Below are positions 28,572 to 37,984 of a stretch of DNA of 64,000 nt, piece after piece. Below the pieces are notes generated by a model that worked only from the letters and a program-made list of their open reading frames with translations, had not been told where the DNA came from and did not search any database. Made by a program: the position numbers and the translations under genes. Source of the stretch: a bacterium (lineage in GTDB: Bacteria > UBA8248); assembly GCA_965261085.1 (NCBI GenBank), contig OZ253442.1, forward strand, positions 1,376,001-1,440,000, written 5' to 3'. Within the stretch, counting starts at the first letter, position 1; the number at the start of each line of letters is the position of its first letter.

Positions 28572-29804
28572 TCAAATAACGCCGTCTCGCTTGAGCTTTT
28601 CGATCTCTTCTTTCGTGAGACCGAGCCTCTCACCGAGAATCTCCTCGTTGTGCTGGCCGCTAAGTGGAGCGGGAGCGTCGTAGCCGCCGGGTGATTTGCT
28701 GAATTTAAGCGGAAAGCCCGCCGTTTTGACTCCGCTCAGAGGGCCCAGCGTGGGATGAGGGAGGTCTTCGAGCATGTTCCGGGCTTTCAAGTGCGGCCAC
28801 GCGAGAATGTCCTTGATGGTGTGCACCGGCCCGCAGATGACGTCGAAACGGCGCAGTGCGGAGAGCGCCTCCTCCGCGGTGTGTTTTTCCGTCCATTCGG
28901 TAATGACGGCGTCCACCTCGTCGTTGTGCGTGATGCGGCCGCTCAGATCCGCGTAGCGCGCATCGCCCACCAACTCCTCGCGCCCGACGGCGCGCAGAAT
29001 GTTGTTCCAGTGGGCGTCGGTGCCGGAGCCGATGACCAGCCAGCCGTCCCTGGCCTGATATGCGTTAAAAGGAGAGAGGCGCATGATGCGGTTCCCCAGC
29101 CGTTCGGGCAGCCCCAGCGCCTCGTAGCAATCCATCGGCTCATCGAATACCAGGGACAAGAGGCAATCCACCATGGAGACGTCTATCCACTGGCCTTGGC
29201 CTGTGCGCTCGCGGTGCAGCAGCGCCGTGGTGATGGCGCCGAAGGCGAACGTGCCCCCGATGCTGTCCGCGATGGCGGAGCCCGCCTTGGTGGGGGGGCC
29301 GTCGGGAAAGCCGGTGAGGTTCATCAGGCCCGAAACCGCCTGGGTGACGGCGTCGTAGCCCTTGAGCCGGGCATCGGGGCCGCTCTGCCCGTAGCTGGTG
29401 ATGGAGCAGTAGATGAGTCTGGGTTTTCGTTTTTCGAGCGTCTCGTAATTGATTTTGAGCCGCTCGGTCACGCCTACCGAGAAATTCTCGACGAGCACGT
29501 CGGCCTCATCCACCAGGCGATAGAACAAATCCAGCCCGCGCGGCTCCTTGAGATTGAGAGTCAAGGATTTCTTGTTGCGGGTTCTCTTTAAGTAGGCTAT
29601 TCCCAAGTCATCCTCGCTTTGCCGGTGAAAAGACACGCCCTTTGAGCCGGCGTAGGGAGGCCCCATGGCCACTACGTCACCCGTGGCCGGATGGTTCACC
29701 TTGATGACTTCCGCCCCCAGACCGGCGAGCAGGAGCGTGGTCCAGGGTCCCGAGTAGAACTGGGTGAGGTCCAGCACCCGCATCCCTTCGAGCGGTTTCG
29801 GCAT
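28572..29804 (-). CDS. Family III CoA-transferase (CaiB/BaiF)
   Basis: PLEGMRVLDLT, LGAEVIKV, RNKKSLTLNLK, ADVLVENF, GYDAVTQAVSGLM, APLSGQHN. Confidence 0.95.
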   Translation of the reverse strand: MPKPLEGMRVLDLTQFYSGPWTTLLLAGLGAEVIKVNHPATGDVVAMGPPYAGSKGVSFHRQSEDDLGIAYLKRTRNKKSLTLNLKEPRGLDLFYRLVDEADVLVENFSVGVTERLKINYETLEKRKPRLIYCSITSYGQSGPDARLKGYDAVTQAVSGLMNLTGFPDGPPTKAGSAIADSIGGTFAFGAITTALLHRERTGQGQWIDVSMVDCLLSLVFDEPMDCYEALGLPERLGNRIMRLSPFNAYQARDGWLVIGSGTDAHWNNILRAVGREELVGDARYADLSGRITHNDEVDAVITEWTEKHTAEEALSALRRFDVICGPVHTIKDILAWPHLKARNMLEDLPHPTLGPLSGVKTAGFPLKFSKSPGGYDAPAPLSGQHNEEILGERLGLTKEEIEKLKRDGVI

Positions 29805-29890
29805 GACAAACTCCTGATAAAAAGAAAGCGGGACGCATTCTCCTGCATCCCGATGAAGATTATTTGGGGAATAATATACCAAAGGAATGG

Positions 29891-30463
29891 TCAGGAAATT
29901 TTATTGGTGTTTTTGTACTCGCCTGTCATAACCCTTCTTATAATCTCACGCTTGATCCTGCCTAGCGCATCATCGTTGTCTCGGCCAGGAATTATAGCTC
30001 TAACTGAGTCATTGCAGTTTTCACACAGAAAATGTATTTCTCCGAATAGGGTGTTTTGACAAACCAAAATTCCATTGCAATAAGGACAGAAAGCCCATAA
30101 ATCTAAGATTTCTTTTTTTGCCCATCGCCAACGCCATTTAGCGATACCATAAGAAAAAGAGTCTTCATTATATGAAATATGCTCGGGTTCAGGTATGGAT
30201 TCAGTTTTGATGATGGCACTTTTCAGGACTAAAATAATGTCAACAACTTTCCAAGCAGCAAACGCAAAAACAACAAACAAAACCCACCCAGGCAAGAAAT
30301 ACGATGAAATAAGAGCCGTCCAGCACCATAGGATTCCGTGCCATAGCCATATTGTGAGCAGGAGAACAAGGTTAATAGCATAAGGAACTATCCCAATATC
30401 CGTAAAATATTCTGCCAACGCGATACCTAGCGCAGTAACAACAAAAGCTAATAGTTTCTTCAT
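29891..30463 (-). CDS. Hypothetical membrane protein with C-terminal CPYC/CENC zinc ribbon
   Basis: AT-rich ORF with a hydrophobic N-terminal half and two CxxC motifs. Confidence 0.7.
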   Translation of the reverse strand: MKKLLAFVVTALGIALAEYFTDIGIVPYAINLVLLLTIWLWHGILWCWTALISSYFLPGWVLFVVFAFAAWKVVDIILVLKSAIIKTESIPEPEHISYNEDSFSYGIAKWRWRWAKKEILDLWAFCPYCNGILVCQNTLFGEIHFLCENCNDSVRAIIPGRDNDDALGRIKREIIRRVMTGEYKNTNKIS

Positions 30464-30470
30464 TGTCCTG

Positions 30471-30614
30471 TTATTTCTGGTGCTTGATTTTCATATCTTG
30501 AACGATAGCCTTGGCGAGATTTTCCGGTGTAGTAGGGATGTAAATTTTATTTTTCAGTTCGATTTTACTCGATTGATAATCCGTGGATTTTATTTTGAGG
30601 GTTCGCTTTTTCAT
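30471..30614 (-). CDS. 47-aa ORF MKKRTLKIKSTDYQSSKIELKNKIYIPTTPENLAKAIVQDMKIKHQK
   Basis: Translated by hand (below the ORF-track cutoff); ends 7 bp before the next start; recalls small ORFs that follow IS1595 transposases (from memory). Confidence 0.45.
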   Translation of the reverse strand: MKKRTLKIKSTDYQSSKIELKNKIYIPTTPENLAKAIVQDMKIKHQK

Positions 30615-30676
30615 GGCCGCTCATTTCAGTACTGTTACATTGCCATCCTAGGGCGGTGTAATGGAAATGTAAAGGA

Positions 30677-31030
30677 TTAGCACTTCATATTGGTATCCCT
30701 CCCCATGAAAAGCCATTCTCGTGTCGTATCCAGTACCATCTTATCTCCTATCTTAGGATTTGCTGGCACTTTCAATATGTAATTGGAAATGACTCGCTTG
30801 CCGCCTACATATACGCTCAATGTGCCCATTTCAAATTTCCACGTTCCTAACTCCATATGCGAACAATCCGAACGTAATGCCTTCATGCTCCGGTCTTCAT
30901 ACAACCACATATAGGCTTTGCCCGCTGACCATACACCAACGAGATCAGCTTTCTCCGCGCCATCGGCGGATGTAATCCCCATAGCACCAAGAACGATAAT
31001 GGTTGCGATTGCATAGATAAGTTTCCGCAT
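30677..31030 (-). CDS. Hypothetical secreted protein
   Basis: Signal peptide, LVGVWS/GTWK beta-rich pattern, AAGGAG RBS; AT-rich. Confidence 0.7.
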   Translation of the reverse strand: MRKLIYAIATIIVLGAMGITSADGAEKADLVGVWSAGKAYMWLYEDRSMKALRSDCSHMELGTWKFEMGTLSVYVGGKRVISNYILKVPANPKIGDKMVLDTTREWLFMGRDTNMKC

Positions 31031-31176
31031 GGCATACGCTCCTTGCCCTTTTGGGATTCATTTGCCCCTGACTCTTACGGGCCGGGCCGGTTGCCAGACG
31101 TATCTCATACAAGGTGGATGCCCCGCCTATTCTCGCGCTAGGAGGCGCGATGTTTTATATCGCATGTCCGGAGTAG

Positions 31177-32025
31177 TCAGTCCCTGCCGTTCGTCGTCAC
31201 CTTGTCTTTGACGCGCCTCGCCTCGTCCATGGGACACAGGGTGATGCAGGTGGCGCAGATGTGCGGCGCGTTCTCGGTAAAGGCCATCATTCGCCCGGCG
31301 AGCTGGAGTTCGGGGTAGCCGTAGCGTTTCTTGAAGACGTCGACGGCCTTCTCGGGCGAGACTTTTTGGGGATACATCACCATACATTTGTAATGATCCA
31401 CCGCGCCGTCTCCCGGGAGCGCGCCCGCCGGACAGGGCTTGATGCACTTGTAGCCGCACTCCACGCAAAAATCGGGCACCACGCCATATTGTTTGGGCGG
31501 GTCGGCTTCGAGCGTAGCCGTCGTGATGACCGCTCCCAGGCGCAGGCGTGAGCCGTATTCGGCGGTGATCAGGTTGTTGTTCACCCCGATTTCGCCTATC
31601 CCCGCATTCACCGCCGCGAGCCTGAGGTCGAAAGAGCCTTGCATGAACACTTCGGGTTCGGGGCCTTCGCGCAGAATGCGGAGCGAGGGAATGTCCCGCC
31701 CGGCGGGCGTGGGCAGCGCCATGTGTCCTTTGTCCTCGAGCCAGAGCGCCAGCCGGTATGAGAGCTTGTTGATCCAGGCCTCGTGCCCGTAATAACCGAA
31801 TTCGAGGTAGCCTACCGAAGGCCGGGAAGTGGCGTTGCCAAAGGGCATCCGGCGCGCGAAGACGACCACGCTCCTGGCGTCCTTTAGCAGGTCTTCGGGT
31901 CTACAGCCCGGAAGAGCTTTCTCAAAACCCGCACCTGAACAGATTCCCACGAGGTCCGCGCCGAATTCACGGGCCTGTTCCTTGACGTCGCCGGCGCCAA
32001 TCCCGGTTTCCATGGCCGTTTCCAT
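31177..32025 (-). CDS. QueG/reductive-dehalogenase-like Fe-S (probably cobalamin) protein, paralog 2
   Basis: GADLVGI, AAVNAGIGEIGVNNNLIT.EYGSRLRLG, CVECGYKCIKPCP, KC...CATCITLCP. Confidence 0.85.
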   Translation of the reverse strand: METAMETGIGAGDVKEQAREFGADLVGICSGAGFEKALPGCRPEDLLKDARSVVVFARRMPFGNATSRPSVGYLEFGYYGHEAWINKLSYRLALWLEDKGHMALPTPAGRDIPSLRILREGPEPEVFMQGSFDLRLAAVNAGIGEIGVNNNLITAEYGSRLRLGAVITTATLEADPPKQYGVVPDFCVECGYKCIKPCPAGALPGDGAVDHYKCMVMYPQKVSPEKAVDVFKKRYGYPELQLAGRMMAFTENAPHICATCITLCPMDEARRVKDKVTTNGRD

Positions 32026-32026
32026 G

Positions 32027-32929
32027 CTATGTGTTCTCCAATAGACTTGGGTCTATGACCTTGAGCGCGTCTTCCTCGGACCATGATTCGCGGTGAAAAG
32101 GTTTTGTTGCGAACTCACGGCCCTGATCCATCGGGCACAGGGCGATGCAGGTGCTGCATGGGTGTGGTGGGCTGTCGGTGTAGGAGAGCCCTTTGGCGGC
32201 CATGATGAGGGGTTTGCCCCTAAAAAGTGTTTTGAAATGTGTGAGGGCTTTCTCCGGCGCGACCAAATCCGGACGTATGACCATGCAGCGGTAGTGATCC
32301 ACCGCGCCCTCGCCCGAGAGCGCGTTCGCGGGGCAGGCCTCTACGCAACGAAAGCCGCACTCACGGCAAAACTCCGGCACCGAGCCATATTGGTTGGGCG
32401 TGTCGGGCTCGAGACGCGCTTCGGTGAATACCGCGCCCAGGCGAACGCGAGAGCCGTACTTCGGCGTGATCAGGCAGTTGTTGGCTCCTATCTCACCAAC
32501 TCCCGCCTTCACCGCAGCAAGCCTTAAATCAAAGGAGCCCTGGAGGAAAACTTTTGGTTCCTGGCCTTCTTCTTCCACGCGAAAGTTCGTGATGTCGCGA
32601 CCCGCCGGCGTGGCCCCCGAGAGATAGCCTCCGTCTTCGAGAAAAAGCGACAGGCGGTAGCAGGCTTCGTTCAGGAAGTTTTCTGGAATGTATTCACCGA
32701 ATTCCATCGCGCCGATGCTGGGATATGGTGTTGCCGCGGCGAAGGGGATGCGCTTGGCCATCACGATCACGCTGTTCGCCATGCCGAAAAGGTCTCTGGG
32801 GCGGCAGCCCGGCAGCGCCTCGCCGAAATCCTCCGCCGATGCGACCCCTACCAGATCCGCGCCCAACTCGCGGGCGGATCGCTTCACTTCTTGGGCATCA
32901 ATGGATTTTGGGGCGTCGATTCTGTCCAT
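32027..32929 (-). CDS. QueG/reductive-dehalogenase-like Fe-S (probably cobalamin) protein, paralog 1
   Basis: GADLVGVA, AAVKAGVGEIGANNCLITPKYGSRVRLG, CRECGFRCVEACP, RC...CSTCIALCP. Confidence 0.85.
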   Translation of the reverse strand: MDRIDAPKSIDAQEVKRSARELGADLVGVASAEDFGEALPGCRPRDLFGMANSVIVMAKRIPFAAATPYPSIGAMEFGEYIPENFLNEACYRLSLFLEDGGYLSGATPAGRDITNFRVEEEGQEPKVFLQGSFDLRLAAVKAGVGEIGANNCLITPKYGSRVRLGAVFTEARLEPDTPNQYGSVPEFCRECGFRCVEACPANALSGEGAVDHYRCMVIRPDLVAPEKALTHFKTLFRGKPLIMAAKGLSYTDSPPHPCSTCIALCPMDQGREFATKPFHRESWSEEDALKVIDPSLLENT

Positions 32930-33366
32930 GGAAAGCCTCGTGATTCCATCGTTGGCGTTCTTCGCGGTGACGTGAAGTTCGTCTTCTCCCGGAATTCCTG
33001 TGTTGCGCCGAAGTTTTCATTTCCAGAGCGATCCCGTTAATCTATCATACCGCCGTTATGAGACCAAATCATTTCGTGTGGGGCATATTTTGCTCTTTCA
33101 CCGGAAAAGCGCCGCCGCGTTTCATGACGGTGAAGAAAGGGATGGATAAGAGAGCTTCGATTCGAGAAAATCCTTCTCGCCGGCCTGGAATCGGGAGGAA
33201 CGCATTTACACGCATTTGCCGTCACGTGTTTTCGGGACGATGGAGCGTGCTCGGAAGGCCGTCCGACGGCCTTCGGTTTTGCAGGTGGCGGAGGCGGCGC
33301 GGACCGCTGGAGCCGGGTGGACGCTCCAGCGAAGTGAGGAACATGCAAAATGCAAAAAATAATATG

Positions 33367-33416
33367 TGAAAATATCGATAAAATTAGATAAATTCACGGG
33401 GTTTTTCAACAAATTA
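33367..33416 (+). repeat. AT-rich motif, inverted partner of 47172-47210
   Basis: TGAAAATATCGATA[AAATTAGATA]AATTCACGGGGTT; 14+13 nt identical to the reverse complement of the 47.2-kb copy. Confidence 0.7.
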
Positions 33417-33595
33417 TTTTTTTGGGAAAAGACGCCGCGGCATCGCAGCGCAGGGGGATTCTGCCATGGACCGCGCATTCTGCGATGACGGTAAATGCGC
33501 GGATTTACGGGGAGTTGCGGGGAAAAAGGGCGGAAATTTCGTGAATCGATGATTTTATCGTAGAATTCAAGGCGTATTTCATATCGAGGAGCGCC

Positions 33596-34678
33596 ATGAA
33601 TATTTCCAGACGCCATCTGTTGCAGGCTGTGGGGGGAATTGCGCCCCTGGCCGTCATCGGGATTCCGCGCGATGCGCAGGCCTCGATGATGGGTCATTTG
33701 TTCGATTGGCTGAACAACCGCCCCGTCGAGACCCCCGAACCCGGGGAGGGAATTCTCGAGTTCGCCGCGCGCGTTCTTCCTGAAATCACGGCGAATGAGA
33801 AATTCTACGTACAGAGCATCGGCCATTCTGCACCGAGGATATCTCGCCGGGAATGGCGGCTGAATATAAAGGGGGAGGTGAGCGCCCCGCTTTCGATTTC
33901 CTTTGCGGATTTGAGCGCGCTACGACAGGAGAAAACCTGGGCGACGATGACCTGCATCGGAAATCCGGTGGGCGGCGGGCAGATAGGAAACGCCTTGTGG
34001 GAAGGAATACCGCTCAAAACCCTCATCGAGCGCACAGGCGTGGCGGAAAGCGTGCGCCGATCGGTCTCCGCCAGGGTCATTTTTCGCGCGGCTGATGACT
34101 ACCATGATTCCATATCCGTAGAGCAGGCTCTGGATCCGAGAACGTTCCTCTGCACCCGGATGAACGGGGAATATCTTCCGCAAGACCATGGCGCTCCCCT
34201 CAGACTCCTGGTGCCGGGCACTTATGGCCTCAAGAACGTGAAGTGGATCGAATCGGTCGACATCTCCACCAAGGGGCATGGCGGCTATTGGCAAAGGCGC
34301 GGCTGGTCGAATGAGGCGATCGTCGAGACGCTCAGCCGTTTCGAAGCCCCCAGAAGACGCGTTGAAGTCAGAACGCCCGATATCTGGCTCGTTGGCTCCG
34401 CTTTTGCTGGAGAGCGGGGAATCCGCAGGGTGGAAGTCACCTACGGCCAGGGAAAGCGTTTGCGCCCCTGGACCCCTGCTTTGCTCAAAAAGCCCCTCGG
34501 GCCTCTCGCCTGGAGCGTCTGGGCGTTTCCCATGCGTTTTGAGGATAGTGGGTTCTACCCGGCGACGGTGCGGGCCGTGGACGGGGCCGGAGCGATTCAG
34601 ACGGACAAGATTTCAGATCCGCAGCCCGGTGGGTCGACCGGGCGCATGGGGCTTAGCATACATGTAAAAGGTTTATAG
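33596..34678 (+). CDS. Tat-exported molybdopterin oxidoreductase, sulfite oxidase family
   Basis: SRRHLL Tat motif, Mo-ligand TCIGN, GNALWEG, HGAPLRLLVPG.YG.KNVKW, GYWQRRGW. Confidence 0.92.
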   Translation: MNISRRHLLQAVGGIAPLAVIGIPRDAQASMMGHLFDWLNNRPVETPEPGEGILEFAARVLPEITANEKFYVQSIGHSAPRISRREWRLNIKGEVSAPLSISFADLSALRQEKTWATMTCIGNPVGGGQIGNALWEGIPLKTLIERTGVAESVRRSVSARVIFRAADDYHDSISVEQALDPRTFLCTRMNGEYLPQDHGAPLRLLVPGTYGLKNVKWIESVDISTKGHGGYWQRRGWSNEAIVETLSRFEAPRRRVEVRTPDIWLVGSAFAGERGIRRVEVTYGQGKRLRPWTPALLKKPLGPLAWSVWAFPMRFEDSGFYPATVRAVDGAGAIQTDKISDPQPGGSTGRMGLSIHVKGL

Positions 34679-34703
34679 TAGGCGAATCGAGGCGACTCAC
34701 AGA

Positions 34704-34733
34704 AAAACCCCGCCGGGTACCCGGCGGGGTTTT
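34704..34733. terminator. Bidirectional intrinsic terminator
   Basis: Perfect palindrome AAAACCCCGCCGGGTACCCGGCGGGGTTTT between convergent genes. Confidence 0.85.
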
Positions 34734-34754
34734 GTCTTTCAGCGAGCGTGATGC

Positions 34755-35816
34755 TTAACGGCGTTTGCCGCCCACGATGTTCGTCGCGCGCTTTTGGCGC
34801 TTGATCATCCACTCTTTGGGCGCCTCGATGCCGCTGCGATCCAGAATGTCGAGGTTGTGCTTATAGGCCATGTAGTTCTTGATGTAGCTGAGCGTGCCGC
34901 CGCGGTGGGGGGCGCCGCCCGGCTGCCGGCCTTCAATCAGGTCGATTACGTTATAGACGGCCTGTTTGGCCATGGCGATCTGCTCGGCCAGAACGGCCGC
35001 ATGCACCCAGCCGTCACGAATGTCCTTCTCGATGCCGACGACGAGGTTGTGCGTCACGATCTTGATCTGGCCAGGCTTGTAACCGGCCGCTTTCACGGCA
35101 TCCACCGTGCCGCGGGCGATGAGCGTCGCCCAGGGATAGATGCCTTTTACGTCGGGGTGTTTCTTGAGCAGGTCTTCCGCCGTCTGGTAGGCGGCCTGCA
35201 CGTTGGACTTGGTGAATTCCTTGGCCACAACCTTGATTTTCGGGTAGTGGCTCAGGTAATCCTCAAAACCTTTGGCCATGGAAGTCACCATCTCGATGCC
35301 GCTGGGTCCGGGCAGCAGCATGACTTTGCCTTGGTACCCGATGGCGTGGGCCATGGTGGAGCCGATGAGAAGGCCCAATTCGTAGCTGTTTTTCATGACG
35401 CGGTTTTTGACGCGATTGCTGTCGAGGTCGATATTGTCCACGACGACCTTGAGGCCCTTGTCCATCGCCTTGTGCACGGCGTCCACCATGCCCTTGGTGC
35501 TGATGGGGCAGATGATCATCCCGTCGTATTTCGCAGCGATGATGTCCTCCACGTGGGCCACCTGCTTGGGCAGGAACTCATAGCCGCCCGCATCGAACAT
35601 CTTCACGGTTACGCCGGCGTCTTTGGCCGCCAGGACGCTGCCGTACCATTTCGAGAAGAAATAGGGGTCGACGCCGTTCGGCACGACTACGGCGATCTTG
35701 TATTTCTTCTTCGCCTTCATCCGGGCCGCATCGGCTTCCGGTGCTGCTGTCATCGACACGAACAGGAATGTGACGACAGAAGCGAGAATCATGAAAGAGC
35801 GAAACAGTTTCTTCAT
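34755..35816 (-). CDS. Sugar ABC transporter substrate-binding protein (RbsB-like)
   Basis: Signal peptide, KIAVVVPNGVDPYF, DAGGY, DGMIICP, HPDVKGIY. Confidence 0.9.
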   Translation of the reverse strand: MKKLFRSFMILASVVTFLFVSMTAAPEADAARMKAKKKYKIAVVVPNGVDPYFFSKWYGSVLAAKDAGVTVKMFDAGGYEFLPKQVAHVEDIIAAKYDGMIICPISTKGMVDAVHKAMDKGLKVVVDNIDLDSNRVKNRVMKNSYELGLLIGSTMAHAIGYQGKVMLLPGPSGIEMVTSMAKGFEDYLSHYPKIKVVAKEFTKSNVQAAYQTAEDLLKKHPDVKGIYPWATLIARGTVDAVKAAGYKPGQIKIVTHNLVVGIEKDIRDGWVHAAVLAEQIAMAKQAVYNVIDLIEGRQPGGAPHRGGTLSYIKNYMAYKHNLDILDRSGIEAPKEWMIKRQKRATNIVGGKRR

Positions 35817-35905
35817 CTTGAATCTCCTCCTCGCAGAATGGGTTTCACGGACGGAAGCTCTCTCCTCCGCGAAAGGGAAAAATAACTTGCACTTGAGATT
35901 ACTTT

Positions 35906-36901
35906 TTACTCCTGCCTTTTACGTGAACTCAACACCACGGCCGTAATGAGCAAAACGCCTACCACCACCTCCCGGGCGAATGTGCCCACACCCAGGAGGA
36001 TGAGGCCGTTGAGCAAAAATGTCAGGAACAGCGCCCCGATTGCTGCCTGCCTCACGCCGCCCTCGCCGCCGTGAAACGTCGTGCCACCCACCACGGTGGC
36101 CGCCAGGGATTGGAACTCGAGCTGAAATCCCGCGAGACCGTTCGTGGCCGGAAGTCTCGCCAGGTAGAGAAACGAGGTGATGCCTACGCAGATGCCGCTG
36201 ATCAGGTAGCAAATGAGCTTCACCTTGCCGGTATCGATGCCCGAGAGGCGCGCGGCCTCTTCGTTTCCTCCGGTCAAATAGATCGCCCGGCCCAGTGCCG
36301 TACGTTTCGTCAGAAGATAAAGAACGATGAAAAAGAAAATGGCGATGAACAGCGTACCGGGGATATGGAAGAAATCCGTGAGGCCGATGGTTTGCAGAAT
36401 ATCTTTTTGCTCGTCCGTGAATTGGTGAATGGTGCGCCCGCCCGTGAATACCAATGCGATGCCTGCGCAGATGAAAAGCATGCTCAAGGTGACGATAAAG
36501 GGCTGTATCTTCACACGGCCCACGAGGTAGCCGTTGATGAAGCCGAACATCGTCGCCATTCCGATACCCATCAAGATGCCTACGGGAAGGCCGAAATCCA
36601 GGATGCCCTGCGCCATCACCACGCTCGAGAGGCTCAGCAGGGAGCCCTGGCTCAAATCGATGCCCGAGACCAGAAGCACCATGCTTTGCCCGGCGACGAT
36701 GAAGAACAGCAGGGAAGCGTTCCGCAGTTGGTTGGTCAGGTTATGGGCTTCGATGAAGTTGTTCACGTAGCCCATCAACTGAAGAATGTAAAAAATGACC
36801 ATCATCAAGATGAATACGGCTAACAAGCCGTATTTCTCGTAATTGAACTTGGCCAATAAGGAGGCGGACGGTCTGGCCGGAGCCTCCGCTACATTCGCCA
36901 T
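35906..36901 (-). CDS. Sugar ABC transporter permease (RbsC-like)
   Basis: GIDLSQGS, PFIVTL, GGNEEAARLSGI, VVGGT.F.GG.G. Confidence 0.93.
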   Translation of the reverse strand: MANVAEAPARPSASLLAKFNYEKYGLLAVFILMMVIFYILQLMGYVNNFIEAHNLTNQLRNASLLFFIVAGQSMVLLVSGIDLSQGSLLSLSSVVMAQGILDFGLPVGILMGIGMATMFGFINGYLVGRVKIQPFIVTLSMLFICAGIALVFTGGRTIHQFTDEQKDILQTIGLTDFFHIPGTLFIAIFFFIVLYLLTKRTALGRAIYLTGGNEEAARLSGIDTGKVKLICYLISGICVGITSFLYLARLPATNGLAGFQLEFQSLAATVVGGTTFHGGEGGVRQAAIGALFLTFLLNGLILLGVGTFAREVVVGVLLITAVVLSSRKRQE

Positions 36902-36916
36902 TATGTAGAATCTCCC

Positions 36917-37945
36917 TTAGTTTTTCTGCTCACGCAGGGTACTGACCCAGATGGATGAGAGAATCACCAGACCGACGATGATCTGTTGCCGGTAGGTGTC
37001 GATTCCCATGATGTTCAAACCATTCACCAAGAATATGATCAGGAAAACGCCCAGCGTCGTGCCCAGCACGCCGCCTCGCCCTCCAAAAATATGCGTTCCG
37101 CCGATGATGGTCGCTCCGATGGATTGGAGCAGTTGATCGCCGCCGCCCAGCCTCGGCTCGCCCGCCGCGCTGACGTTCGCCGAGAGAAGAAGGCCCGCGA
37201 AGCCGCACAAAAGTCCGCCTATACCGAAAATGGCGATTTTCATGGCCGGAAAGTTGATGCCCGCCGAAATTGCCGTTTGCTCGTTTCCGCCCAAGGCATA
37301 CACATAGGTGCCGAAGCGGGTGTATTTGAGCAGATACCACATGGCGCCCAGTGCGATGAGAATCCAGATGAATGTAAAGGGAATGGGACCCAGGTTTCCT
37401 TTCGCCAAAAGGACATATGCTTCTTCCACGTGCTTTGGCAGCGTTGCGCCCTCACGCGCGCCCCCCATTTGAAGGCCGCCGGTCCAAAGCTGGGCCGCGC
37501 CGCTGCCTATAAAGAGCATCCCCAACGTGGCGATGAACGGCTGCACCCTCATCACGCCGACGAAGAATCCGTTGATGACGCCGCACAACAGGCCGATGCC
37601 GAGGCCGGCGATAAGGCCGCCGAAAAACCCGAAGTGCAGCATCGCGCTCCAGGCCATCACGCTCACCACGCTCAAAATCGAACCCTGTGAAAGATCGAAA
37701 CCCCCCGAAATGATGACCAAAGTTTGCGCATAGGCCAGGAAAAAGAGCCAGGCATCGCGGCGTACGACGTTTACGAAGTTTTCAAGCGTGAGGAAGTTCT
37801 CGGTCGCAATAGTGTAGAAGAGCATCAAGGCGACAAACGCGGAAATGAGGAGTATACGCTCCCAAGGCATATCCTTGACAGGATATCCTAGAATTAATTT
37901 TTCATTTCCCGTAGAGGCCGCAGCACTCATTGAATGTACCCCCAA
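36917..37945 (-). CDS. Sugar ABC transporter permease (RbsC-like)
   Basis: GGFDLSQGS, PFIATLG, TRFGTYVYALGGN, IIGGT..FGGRG; start may be 37930. Confidence 0.93.
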   Translation of the reverse strand: MGVHSMSAAASTGNEKLILGYPVKDMPWERILLISAFVALMLFYTIATENFLTLENFVNVVRRDAWLFFLAYAQTLVIISGGFDLSQGSILSVVSVMAWSAMLHFGFFGGLIAGLGIGLLCGVINGFFVGVMRVQPFIATLGMLFIGSGAAQLWTGGLQMGGAREGATLPKHVEEAYVLLAKGNLGPIPFTFIWILIALGAMWYLLKYTRFGTYVYALGGNEQTAISAGINFPAMKIAIFGIGGLLCGFAGLLLSANVSAAGEPRLGGGDQLLQSIGATIIGGTHIFGGRGGVLGTTLGVFLIIFLVNGLNIMGIDTYRQQIIVGLVILSSIWVSTLREQKN

Positions 37946-37984
37946 TCGGTCATGCCTGGATGAAACATTTTGGTGAAATGCGGA

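Noticed and set aside
31177-32929. Naming these genes queG or rdhA
   Set aside because: Fold motifs are shared, but duplication, context and lack of Tat signal or RdhB prevent either call.
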